Below, piece after piece: positions 8,125-16,066 of a stretch of DNA of 32,000 nt; positions within the stretch are counted from its first letter, which is position 1; the number at the start of each line of letters is the position of its first letter. The position numbers and the translations under genes are program-made. The notes below the pieces were generated by a model that saw only the letters and a program-made list of their open reading frames with translations, searched no databases and was not told the origin of the DNA. The DNA comes from Bifidobacterium longum subsp. longum JCM 1217 (GTDB taxonomy: Bacteria > Actinomycetota > Actinomycetes > Actinomycetales > Bifidobacteriaceae), in assembly GCF_000196555.1 (NCBI RefSeq), contig NC_015067.1, forward strand, positions 420,001 to 452,000, in the 5' to 3' direction.

Positions 8125-8174
8125 GGCTCCCCTCTCTGAGGGGAGCTGTCAGCGATAGCTGACTGAGGGGAGCC
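8125..8174 (+). repeat. REP-like multi-hairpin element, family 1, copy B
   Basis: GGCTCCCCTC-tc-TGAGGGGAGCT GTCAGC-gata-GCTGAC TGAGGGGAGCC. Confidence 0.9.
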
Positions 8175-8235
8175 TCGGTCGGCGAATGAAACTTAAACAA
8201 ACCCCCATAAACAAAGAAGTAAAGGAAGTAACCCT

Positions 8236-9753
8236 ATGGTTATGGAAAATCCCTTCGAGGGCAAGGAAATCTGGTTCGGCGTTGGTTCGCAGGACCTGTA
8301 CGGCGAAGAAGCCCTGCGCCAGGTCGCCATTCACTCCGCTGAAATGGTCGACTACCTGAACAACACCGGCAAGATTCCGGCCAAGATCGTCCTCAAGCCC
8401 ACCCTGAAGTCCTCCGACGGTGTCAAGGAGTTCATGGTCGAGGCTTCCGCCAACCCGAACGTCATCGGCGTCATCACCTGGTGCCACACCTTCTCCCCGG
8501 CCAAGATGTGGATTCGCGGCCTCGAAGTGCTGACCAAGCCGCTGCTGCAGCTGGCCACCCAGCACCACAAGGAAATCCCGTGGGAGACCATCGACATGGA
8601 CTTCATGAACCTGAACCAGGCCGCCCACGGCGACCGTGAGTTCGGTTACATCGTCTCCCGCCTCGGCATCAAGCGCAAGGTTGTCGTCGGCCACTACACC
8701 GATCCCGAGGTCGCCGAGAAGCTCGGCACCTGGGCCCGCGCCTGCGCCGGCTGGGATGCCTCCAACAACATGAAGGTCATGCGCTGGGGCGACAACATGC
8801 GTAACGTCGCCGTCACCGAGGGCGACAAGACCGAGGCTGAGCGCGTGTTCGGCGCCTCCATCAACACTTGGGCCGTCAACGAGCTCGTCGCTGCGTACGA
8901 CGCCGTCAAGGACGACCAGGTCAAGGAGATCATCGAGGACTACAAGGCCAAGTACGACGTCGACCCGGCTCTGCTGGACGCCAAGTACGACTCCCTGTTC
9001 ATCGCCGCCAAGGAAGAGGCCGCGATGGTCAACATGATGCGCGCCAACGGCTGCACCGCCGGCGTCGACAACTTCGAGGACCTCGGCGCTCTGCCGCAGC
9101 TGCCGGGCGTTGGCCCGCAGCGCTTCCCGTCCGAGTACGGCTGGGGCTTCTCCGCTGAAGGCGACTGGAAGACCGCCGTCCTCGTGCGCATCGGTGCCGT
9201 CATGGGCTACGGCCTTGAGGGTGGCGCCTCCCTCATGGAGGACTACTCCTACAACTTCACCGAGGGTGACGAGCTCGACATGGGCTCCCACATGCTCGAG
9301 GTTTCCCCGTCCATCGGCACCATCGCCAAGCCGAAGCTGGAGATCCACCCGCTGGGCATCGGCGGCAAGGCCGACCCGGTCCGCCTGGTCTTCTCCGGCA
9401 AGCCCGCCAAGGACGCCGTCGTGGTCTCCATGTCCGACGTTCGCGAACGCTTCCGCCTGCTCATGGACGTCGTCGACGTCGTTGAGCCGCAGGGCTCCCT
9501 CAAGGAGCTTCCGTGCGCCCGCGCCGTCTGGGAGCCGAAGCCGAGCCTGAAGACCGCTGTTGAGTGCTGGATCACCGCCGGTGGTTCTCACCACACCTGC
9601 ATGACCACCTCCGTTGGTCGTGAGGCTTGGGAAGACTTCGCCCGCATCGCCGGTGTTGAGCTCGCCGTCATCGACGAGAACACCACCGCTCGCCAGTTCG
9701 AGAAGGAACTGGAGCTGTCCGAGATGTACCACCGTCTCAACAACCAGCACTGA
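8236..9753 (+). CDS. araA: L-arabinose isomerase
   Basis: 505-aa ORF with AraA-family sequence throughout (EIWFGVGSQDLYG..., HTFSPAKMW, FMNLNQAAHGDREFG, GFSAEGDWKTA, MLEVSPSI, GGSHHT). AAGGAAG lies 7 nt upstream of the start. Confidence 0.95.
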   Translation: MVMENPFEGKEIWFGVGSQDLYGEEALRQVAIHSAEMVDYLNNTGKIPAKIVLKPTLKSSDGVKEFMVEASANPNVIGVITWCHTFSPAKMWIRGLEVLTKPLLQLATQHHKEIPWETIDMDFMNLNQAAHGDREFGYIVSRLGIKRKVVVGHYTDPEVAEKLGTWARACAGWDASNNMKVMRWGDNMRNVAVTEGDKTEAERVFGASINTWAVNELVAAYDAVKDDQVKEIIEDYKAKYDVDPALLDAKYDSLFIAAKEEAAMVNMMRANGCTAGVDNFEDLGALPQLPGVGPQRFPSEYGWGFSAEGDWKTAVLVRIGAVMGYGLEGGASLMEDYSYNFTEGDELDMGSHMLEVSPSIGTIAKPKLEIHPLGIGGKADPVRLVFSGKPAKDAVVVSMSDVRERFRLLMDVVDVVEPQGSLKELPCARAVWEPKPSLKTAVECWITAGGSHHTCMTTSVGREAWEDFARIAGVELAVIDENTTARQFEKELELSEMYHRLNNQH

Positions 9754-9847
9754 TTGGCGGAGCGTATACCGCCTTTCCTCAGGTTCGACGTACCTTCGTA
9801 CGCCTTCGCCTTCGGACGGCGGTCTCCGCACGCGCCAATCAGCGCTG
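9745..9847 (+). repeat. ~103-bp palindromic element, family 2, copy 2; its left arm overlaps the last two codons and stop of araA
   Basis: CAGCACTGATTGGCG... ...CGCGCCAATCAGCGCTG, with the same 28-nt core at 9786-9813. CCAGCACTGAT recurs at 9853-9863. Confidence 0.8.
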
Positions 9848-9894
9848 GCAAGCCAGCACTGATGACTAAATCAGTCTGCTGACTGCTACCGCTG

Positions 9895-9932
9895 AAAAGG
9901 GGCTGTTCCGGGAAACCGGAGCAGCCCCTTTT
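9895..9932. terminator. bidirectional Rho-independent terminator between convergent araA and the amidotransferase gene
   Basis: AAAA-GGGGCTGTTCCGG-gaaa-CCGGAGCAGCCCC-TTTT: 13-bp stem with one G-U pair, A-tract on the 5' side and T-tract on the 3' side. Confidence 0.85.
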
Positions 9933-9936
9933 GCTG

Positions 9937-10653
9937 TTATCGGCAACTCCCCACAAACGCATCAAAAATCGCCTGCGAGCGTGGATCTACCTTGTAGAGA
10001 AACTCGGGATGCCACTGCACGGCCCACAGGAAGTGGCTTGCCGGCCGGTACAGGGCCTCGATCACGCCGTCGGGCGCGACGGCCATGACCTCGAGTCCAG
10101 CAGCAGGCTCACGAACCGCCTGATGGTGATAGCTATTCACCGCAATCTCAGTCTGCCCTGCGAACAATGAAGCCAGGGGAGTGCCGGGCACCAAGGAAAC
10201 GTTATGTCCGAACGCATCGTACGGCGGATTCATATGGTGTTCGATATCGCTCGGATGCTGGCTTGGCAGATCCTGCCACAACGTGCCGCGCAGCGCTGCG
10301 TTGATGAACTGAATGCCACGGCAGATGCCCAGAATCGGCTTGTCCCAAGCCATTACAGCTGGCAGCAGAATCGATTCCATTCGGTCGCGCTCAGGAGAGA
10401 GCACCTCGCTACGGCCGGTGGCGGAGGCCGCTGCACCAACCATCGGTCCCACATCCGGCCCGCCCGTAAACAGAAACGCGTCAAACCGTTCGGCGCATTG
10501 CGCAAGAATGTCGGTGTCATCGGTCAGCGGCAACATGACGGGCGTACCGCCGGCCCGCATTATCGCCTCCATATATCCGGGCAGCATCCACAGACTATCG
10601 CGCCCGTAATCCATCAGCGGAGTCACCGCAATGAGCGGTCGATTCGTAGTCAT
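9937..10653 (-). CDS. class I glutamine amidotransferase / gamma-glutamyl-GABA hydrolase-like protein (peptidase C26)
   Basis: 238 aa. ILGICRGIQFIN (nucleophile Cys elbow), SYHHQAV and WAVQWHPE blocks typical of PuuD/C26 proteins. Confidence 0.85.
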   Translation of the reverse strand: MTTNRPLIAVTPLMDYGRDSLWMLPGYMEAIMRAGGTPVMLPLTDDTDILAQCAERFDAFLFTGGPDVGPMVGAAASATGRSEVLSPERDRMESILLPAVMAWDKPILGICRGIQFINAALRGTLWQDLPSQHPSDIEHHMNPPYDAFGHNVSLVPGTPLASLFAGQTEIAVNSYHHQAVREPAAGLEVMAVAPDGVIEALYRPASHFLWAVQWHPEFLYKVDPRSQAIFDAFVGSCR

Positions 10654-10926
10654 GCCTGCCTCTTTTCGCCCAAGTGTTGTTTTCGTCGTTCTGCCGCAAA
10701 TCGCTTGATTCAGTGGCCAATAATGCCGCCACTGTACCGAACCAATGTAACCGGTCGGCCAACATTATTTCGTCAGCCAGCCGCGACGAGATCGCACAAT
10801 GTGCCAATGATGGGGGCATTCGGTGCGACCTTGTCAATGTTCGGGCCATTGCACTTTCAGCGGGGAAAGCATGCCCCGTCCGCGCATCATGATGAACGAG
10901 TAAGGTTGACGGGGAGGGAGAATCAC

Positions 10927-12501
10927 ATGAACCAGGCATGCGTACGCAACGACACCATCGACGCGGGCAACCATCATGGCCGACCGCAATACCGGTCGTT
11001 CCTGCGATTTCTGACATCGCAGGAACGCAACGTCATTTGGCTGTTGCTGGCCATTGCTTTTCTTCCGGTGGACGGCACCACGCTTGGCCTGTACGCGCCG
11101 TTCTGGTCTCCAATCAGTCCGGCGCTGTTCGCCGTGTACTGCCTATGCAATTGGCGGCAACTGCGCATCGCAGCCAACCGGTACCTGCCAATGTTCCTCC
11201 TACCGGTGGCCTGCATAATCCTGTCCATCCCGGGATGGCTGAAGTTCGGCATCCACCTCAACGCCGCGTTCATGAGCATCACCGGATTGCTGGGCGTGCT
11301 CGCCACTTTGGGTGCGATCGCCCTTGCGTTCGACATCAAACGCATTCCGTGGCGTACGCCATTGCGGATTCTCATCGCATCATACTGGGTTTCCTTCGGA
11401 GTGGGCGTCGTGCAATGGCTGTCCATCCGTCTGCACGCCAAACCGTTGACCGACTATTTCTCGCACCTCATGTACCGGCAATACATCAGCGACAACTCGG
11501 TGTGGGGCGGCGGCCGTCCGCAGTTCCTGTTCGCCGAGCCCAGCTATATCGGCATGCACCTGTTCGGCATACTGCTTCCGCTCATGTGGCTCATGCGCGG
11601 GCGCGACCGCATCTACGCCAAACGGCTGCGTGACCTCATCGTCACGTATGCCGTCGGCGCGGTGCTCATGCAAGCCGGCACCAGAATCGTCATCGATTCC
11701 GTCGTGGCGTTGCTGATCGCCCTTGTGGCGCGCACCGATTGGCATGACGGCGCACGCCGCGTCCGGGGCATGCTGCAGATTCTCGGCGCATGCGCACTGG
11801 GCCTGCTGGGTGTGCTGGCGGATTCCAGACTCTCCGCCATCGCGGAAAACGGGGCCGAGGGAGACGGCTCGTTCTTCGCGCGGATCTACCAAAGCCTCGA
11901 TCCGATATGCGGATTGCTCACCCATCCGTGGACGCTGCTCACCGGTTATGGCGCGGGCAACATCATCAATGCGGTGTGGGCCGGCGCGGCCAAAGCCGGA
12001 CGGCTGCTGGACGGTCTTGGCATGAACGGCGGCGCGGCCACGGGATTCGCGGCCGGCGTGAACGCGGACACGGTGTGGACGATGTGCGCGTATACCAGCG
12101 TCATCGCCGAATACGGGCTGATCGGGCTGGCCATGCTGGTCGGAGCCTCGATGGTCTGCATGACGCGCGGGAGGACGGTATGCCGTGGCGGTGCGGATGG
12201 CGCATCGTCCGACGAGCTGGCGCACGGTGTTTGTGTCGCCGACGTTGCCGACGTTGCTGATGTTGCCGGGGGTAATAGTGGTGGCGGCGTTGCCGGCGCG
12301 GGTTCGGGCGAATCCGGCGTCTGGCACAAGACCGTCATCTGCTGGCTCGTCCTGGTCGCATACCTGTACATCCAATGCGAGAACTATGCGTTCGCCGCTC
12401 TGCCGCTTCTTGTGTTCGCCGCCTCGAAGGTGAGGCGCGAGCCTGATTTCTCGCGGGCCGACGCATCGACGCGGCCCGAGATGGACCAAAATCCAGAATA
12501 A
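10927..12501 (+). CDS. polytopic membrane protein, O-antigen ligase / Wzy-like (functional assignment tentative)
   Basis: Start set at ATG 10927 (GGGGAGGGAG ~7 nt upstream). The upstream part of track ORF 10204.. is antisense to the amidotransferase gene. About 10-12 hydrophobic segments with a large loop (WGGGRPQFLFAEPSYIGMHLFG) resembling Wzy_C-type proteins. Carries a low-complexity insert with VADVADVADVAGG. Confidence 0.6.
   Translation: MNQACVRNDTIDAGNHHGRPQYRSFLRFLTSQERNVIWLLLAIAFLPVDGTTLGLYAPFWSPISPALFAVYCLCNWRQLRIAANRYLPMFLLPVACIILSIPGWLKFGIHLNAAFMSITGLLGVLATLGAIALAFDIKRIPWRTPLRILIASYWVSFGVGVVQWLSIRLHAKPLTDYFSHLMYRQYISDNSVWGGGRPQFLFAEPSYIGMHLFGILLPLMWLMRGRDRIYAKRLRDLIVTYAVGAVLMQAGTRIVIDSVVALLIALVARTDWHDGARRVRGMLQILGACALGLLGVLADSRLSAIAENGAEGDGSFFARIYQSLDPICGLLTHPWTLLTGYGAGNIINAVWAGAAKAGRLLDGLGMNGGAATGFAAGVNADTVWTMCAYTSVIAEYGLIGLAMLVGASMVCMTRGRTVCRGGADGASSDELAHGVCVADVADVADVAGGNSGGGVAGAGSGESGVWHKTVICWLVLVAYLYIQCENYAFAALPLLVFAASKVRREPDFSRADASTRPEMDQNPE
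12238..12267 (+). repeat. in-frame 9-bp tandem repeat (GCCGACGTT x3.3) encoding (ADV)n
   Basis: GCCGACGTT GCCGACGTT GCTGATGTT GCC, read directly. Confidence 0.85.
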
Positions 12502-12649
12502 CCGACATTCGCCGCTGTTCCGTTTTTCGCTCAAGGCGTATATCTCCCGTATCTTGAGGTGCATCATGTATCGTCGCGGCTAACTAATCGGCGAAACGCG
12601 GCATGTTTCGCATTTTGGGCGAAAAGCCCAAGTCCCACAGGAGGTATTG

Positions 12650-14017
12650 ATGACGTTCGTTGCACGGTCGGTGCGCTATGTGCTCAGAAAACGAGTGCGA
12701 ACCATAGTGCTCCTTATAATACTGACCATCATAACGGCGAGCATGCTATCCACGATCGCGGTTTCTCGGGCAGCTCAACAGGCCGCCGGACGAATCGAGA
12801 AGGAAGCGGTCGGTGGATTCGTGCTGTCCAGCAACATGCAGGGCAGCATGCTCACGCCTCGCGGAGGCGGCATGGTGCGCCCCGCCGACGTGCGCAGGAT
12901 CGCCCAACTGCCCGGGGTCGATTCGTATATGGTCCGTCAGAACGCCACCGCCGATCTCGTGGGGGCGAATGTGGCGAAGGTCCCCGGCGGCGATGATTAC
13001 GATGCGACCCAGGAGCAGCAGTTTGGCAACGCCGCCAACGTCATGGGCACGAATGATTCGTCGAAACTCAACGTGTTCACGTCGCGCACGCTCGGCATGG
13101 CCGAAGGACGACATCTGAAGGCCTCCGACAAGTACACGTCGATGATCCATGAGGATCTCGCCAAAGCCAACGGGCTCAAAGTCGGAGACACGCTCACGCT
13201 CAAGGCCAACGCCTATGACGCCGACAACGAATCACATTCGACGGCGACCGTCAAGACCACCATCGTGGGCATATTCAAGGGCGACAGCGCCAGAAAGGTA
13301 TCCAGCCGAGCGGAACTCACCGCCAACACCATCTACACCGATCTGGATACCACACGCGACCTGTACCAGTACAAGGACGGCAAGGAAATATACCAGGACG
13401 CCACCTTCGTGCTGTCCAAGGGCGTTGACGTGGAGAAGACCATGGATGCCGCGAAGAAACTCCCGGTGGATTGGAACAACTATCAGATCACGCGCAACGA
13501 CCAGTATTCATCGAGCATGCTGCATGCCGCCCGCGGCGTGCGCTCCATGATGCGCGGCGCCCTGATCGGCGTGACCGTCTCGGCCGTGCTCGTGCTCAGT
13601 CTCATGCTGCTGCTGTGGATGAACGACCGCCGTCAAGAGATGGGCATACTGGTGTCCCTTGGCGTCGGCAAGCCCTCCCTGGTCGCCCAATACCTCACCG
13701 AGATGGTGCTGATCGGTCTGCCGTCCCTCGCCCTCGGCTGGCTGTGCGCGCAGGGAATGGCCCAATGGCTCGGCGCCACGGCGCTCCATTCCGTGAACGC
13801 CTCCGCGGCGAAGGAGCTGAGCAGCATGGGGCAGGTCGGCGGCGATCTTGAATCCAGCATGTCGGTGCGCACCCTGGATTCGCTCACGGTGTCGGTCGAC
13901 GGGACCGCCATGCTGTACGTGGCGCTCGGATTGTTGGCGGTGATGCTGGTGTGCGTCGCGGTGGCGTGCATGCCGATGCTGCGCAAATCGCCGCGAGACC
14001 TGTCGGAGATTCGATGA
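12650..14017 (+). CDS. ABC transporter permease, FtsX/MacB type (permease 1)
   Basis: AGGAGG lies 5 nt upstream of ATG 12650. N-terminal TM, ~270-aa extracytoplasmic domain, C-terminal three-TM FtsX domain (MNDRRQEMGILVSLGVGK...). Confidence 0.85.
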   Translation: MTFVARSVRYVLRKRVRTIVLLIILTIITASMLSTIAVSRAAQQAAGRIEKEAVGGFVLSSNMQGSMLTPRGGGMVRPADVRRIAQLPGVDSYMVRQNATADLVGANVAKVPGGDDYDATQEQQFGNAANVMGTNDSSKLNVFTSRTLGMAEGRHLKASDKYTSMIHEDLAKANGLKVGDTLTLKANAYDADNESHSTATVKTTIVGIFKGDSARKVSSRAELTANTIYTDLDTTRDLYQYKDGKEIYQDATFVLSKGVDVEKTMDAAKKLPVDWNNYQITRNDQYSSSMLHAARGVRSMMRGALIGVTVSAVLVLSLMLLLWMNDRRQEMGILVSLGVGKPSLVAQYLTEMVLIGLPSLALGWLCAQGMAQWLGATALHSVNASAAKELSSMGQVGGDLESSMSVRTLDSLTVSVDGTAMLYVALGLLAVMLVCVAVACMPMLRKSPRDLSEIR

Positions 14018-15237
14018 TGAGCATGAATGTGTGGAAGCGTGCCACGTTGGCGATCGTACGCAAGCCGGTACGTAGCGGCATCATCGGTCTGCTGATGCTG
14101 ATGGTCTTCACGAGCCTGGTGGCGCAGGTCGGAGTCTCGACGGCCCTGCGTACCATGTCCGACGGCATCGGCGCGGGCATGGGCATAGGGTTTACCGTCA
14201 GCGCCGGCGAGAATCCCATTAGCGCCGAGGAGGCGAGCCGGTTCTCGCGTATCCCCGGTGTGACGAAGACCGCCTATGCGACGAAGACCTTGGCGCAGGT
14301 GGATGGCGCGCGCCCGGTCATGCCCCGGCAGGGCCCCCGATTGGACTCCGATCTGGCCATGCAGGTCAGCGTGCTGGGCACCACCGATTCCTCATTGTCC
14401 GAGGAATTCCAGAGCGGCCTGTACCGCCTGGAGCAGGGCCGCCATATCTCGGGCGACGGCGACAATGTGCTGGTCCACCGCGACTTCGCGATGCAGAACG
14501 GCCTATCGGTCGGCTCGACATTCCGTCTCCGGCAGGAGGGGCGCAACGCCACGGTGCGTGTGGCCGGGATCTTCTCCGGCAACGTGCAGGCCCAAAGCCC
14601 CCTGCCCTCGGACACTTCCGAGAACCTCATCTATTCGGGTAGGCGAGTAGCTTCCGCTCTGACCGGAAACGACCGGATCGACATGATCCGATGCCTGTCG
14701 GATAATCCGCAGGACCTGTCCGCGGCTATTGGACGGGCCAAGACCATGGCCGGCGGCAAGTACGACGTCACCGACGATTCGGCCCGGCTCTCCGGCGTCC
14801 TGCAATCCGTGCAGACGGTGCGTAATCTGGTGCGCATGGTGCTGCTGTCCGTCTGCCTCGCGGACGTACTGGTGCTGGCGATGGCGCTGGTCTTCTGGAT
14901 TCGCTCACGCATCCATGAGATAGGCACGCTTCTGGCCCTCGGCATCGACAAGATGCGGATCGTCGCACAACTCGCCATCGAAACCGGACTCATGGCGGCG
15001 GTCGCCGCCCTGTGTTCGCTGGGCACCGGCGCCATGCTGTCGGGATACGTGTCTTCCCGACTGTTGCGCGATTCGGGCGTCGCGCCGTTGGAATCGTTGC
15101 ACGTGGAGGCCTTGCCGCCTGAGCAGACGATGCTCATCCTGCTGCTCGGATGCGCGGTCATCGCCGTGGCTCTTGCCGTGTCATGCGCCGCCGTGCTGTC
15201 CAAATCCCCGAAATCCATTCTTTCCTCTATGCGTTAG
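14014..15237 (+). CDS. ABC transporter permease, FtsX/MacB type (permease 2, paralogous to permease 1)
   Basis: The start ATG at 14014 overlaps the stop of the previous gene (ATGA coupling). Same topology, FtsX domain block IRSRIHEIGTLLALGIDK. Confidence 0.85.
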   Translation: MMSMNVWKRATLAIVRKPVRSGIIGLLMLMVFTSLVAQVGVSTALRTMSDGIGAGMGIGFTVSAGENPISAEEASRFSRIPGVTKTAYATKTLAQVDGARPVMPRQGPRLDSDLAMQVSVLGTTDSSLSEEFQSGLYRLEQGRHISGDGDNVLVHRDFAMQNGLSVGSTFRLRQEGRNATVRVAGIFSGNVQAQSPLPSDTSENLIYSGRRVASALTGNDRIDMIRCLSDNPQDLSAAIGRAKTMAGGKYDVTDDSARLSGVLQSVQTVRNLVRMVLLSVCLADVLVLAMALVFWIRSRIHEIGTLLALGIDKMRIVAQLAIETGLMAAVAALCSLGTGAMLSGYVSSRLLRDSGVAPLESLHVEALPPEQTMLILLLGCAVIAVALAVSCAAVLSKSPKSILSSMR

Positions 15238-15249
15238 GAGTCACCAATC

Positions 15250-15885
15250 ATGTCTAACTGTCTGCAACTGGACCATGTCGATTACGCCTACGGCGCGGCG
15301 AAGATCCGTGTTCTTTCGGATGTCAGCGCGGATTTCGAATCCGGGAAGATGTATGCGATCACCGGCCCGTCCGGCGCCGGCAAGAGCACGCTGCTGTCGC
15401 TGCTGGCCGGCCTGGACGCCCCCTCCCGGGGAGTGGTCCGCTTCGAAGGGGAGGACATCGCCGCATCGGGCTATGCGAAGCACCGCCGGGAGCACGTGTC
15501 CCTGGTGTTCCAGGACCATAACCTGATCGACTACCTCACCCCCGAAGAGAACCTGCGGCTGGTCAGCGCCAAGGCCGATATGAAGATCCTCGAGGAACTG
15601 GGTTTGAGCCGTGAGGAATCCAAGCGCAACATCATGCACCTGTCGGGCGGCCAGCGTCAACGGGTGGCGGTCGGCCGCGCGCTGGTCGCCCCGGGCCGCG
15701 CGATCCTCGCGGACGAGCCGACGGGCAGCCTCGACCCGGAGATGACCGACGAGGTGATTCATCTGCTGCAGCACGCCGCCCATCAGCTCGGCAAATGCGT
15801 GATCGTGGTGACGCATTCCAAGCGCGTCGCCAACTCCGCCGATGTCGTGCTGCGTCTCAGGAGCAAGAAACTGACCCGGGCATGA
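15250..15885 (+). CDS. ABC transporter ATP-binding protein (MacB/LolD-like)
   Basis: Walker A GPSGAGKST, signature LSGGQRQRV, Walker B ILADEPTGSLD, H-loop VTHS. Starts 12 nt after permease 2. Confidence 0.92.
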   Translation: MSNCLQLDHVDYAYGAAKIRVLSDVSADFESGKMYAITGPSGAGKSTLLSLLAGLDAPSRGVVRFEGEDIAASGYAKHRREHVSLVFQDHNLIDYLTPEENLRLVSAKADMKILEELGLSREESKRNIMHLSGGQRQRVAVGRALVAPGRAILADEPTGSLDPEMTDEVIHLLQHAAHQLGKCVIVVTHSKRVANSADVVLRLRSKKLTRA

Positions 15886-15967
15886 CCCACCTGGGCCGGG
15901 CGGCACCCCGGCGACGACCCGCATGGAATCATCGTCATAATGACGCCTGCGATCCCTGGACATGAGA

Positions 15968-16042
15968 AACCGCACCTCCGATCATCGAATCTGGATTACT
16001 CCAGTCCAACAATCGGGGTGCGGTTCAAAAGGCCCTTTTTTT
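15968..16042. terminator. possible terminator region between the convergent ABC ATPase and acyl-CoA ligase genes
   Basis: AACCGCACCTCCGAT ... ATCGGGGTGCGGTT long stem enclosing CTGGA-ttac-TCCAG, then AAAAGGCCCTTTTTTT. The geometry is not canonical. Confidence 0.35.
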
Positions 16043-16066
16043 GTGTCGGATTACGAACCGCGCGTC

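Noticed and set aside
8149-9831. Long antisense ORFs opposite well-supported genes: 8149..9831(-), and likewise 298..1281(-), 5140..6186(-), 6223..7284(-), 7288..8001(-), 15962..17710(+), 19266..20471(-), 25351..26982(-), 28283..29572(-), 11380..12567(-)
   Set aside because: These are shadow ORFs typical of ~60% GC DNA. Their translations are Gly/Arg/Val/His/Asp-rich without recognisable motifs, and each lies fully opposite a gene with clear family signatures.
10204-10926. N-terminal 241 codons of the 765-aa track ORF 10204..12501
   Set aside because: This part is antisense to the well-supported amidotransferase gene (9937-10653) and then crosses the intergenic region. It is Arg/His/Pro-rich with no membrane or domain character. 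A good SD plus ATG at 10927 starts the hydrophobic protein.
12559-12996. 145-aa ORF overlapping the start of FtsX permease 1 in another frame
   Set aside because: Arg/Gly/His-rich translation with no RBS, overlapped by the permease ORF, which has AGGAGG plus ATG and clear family features.
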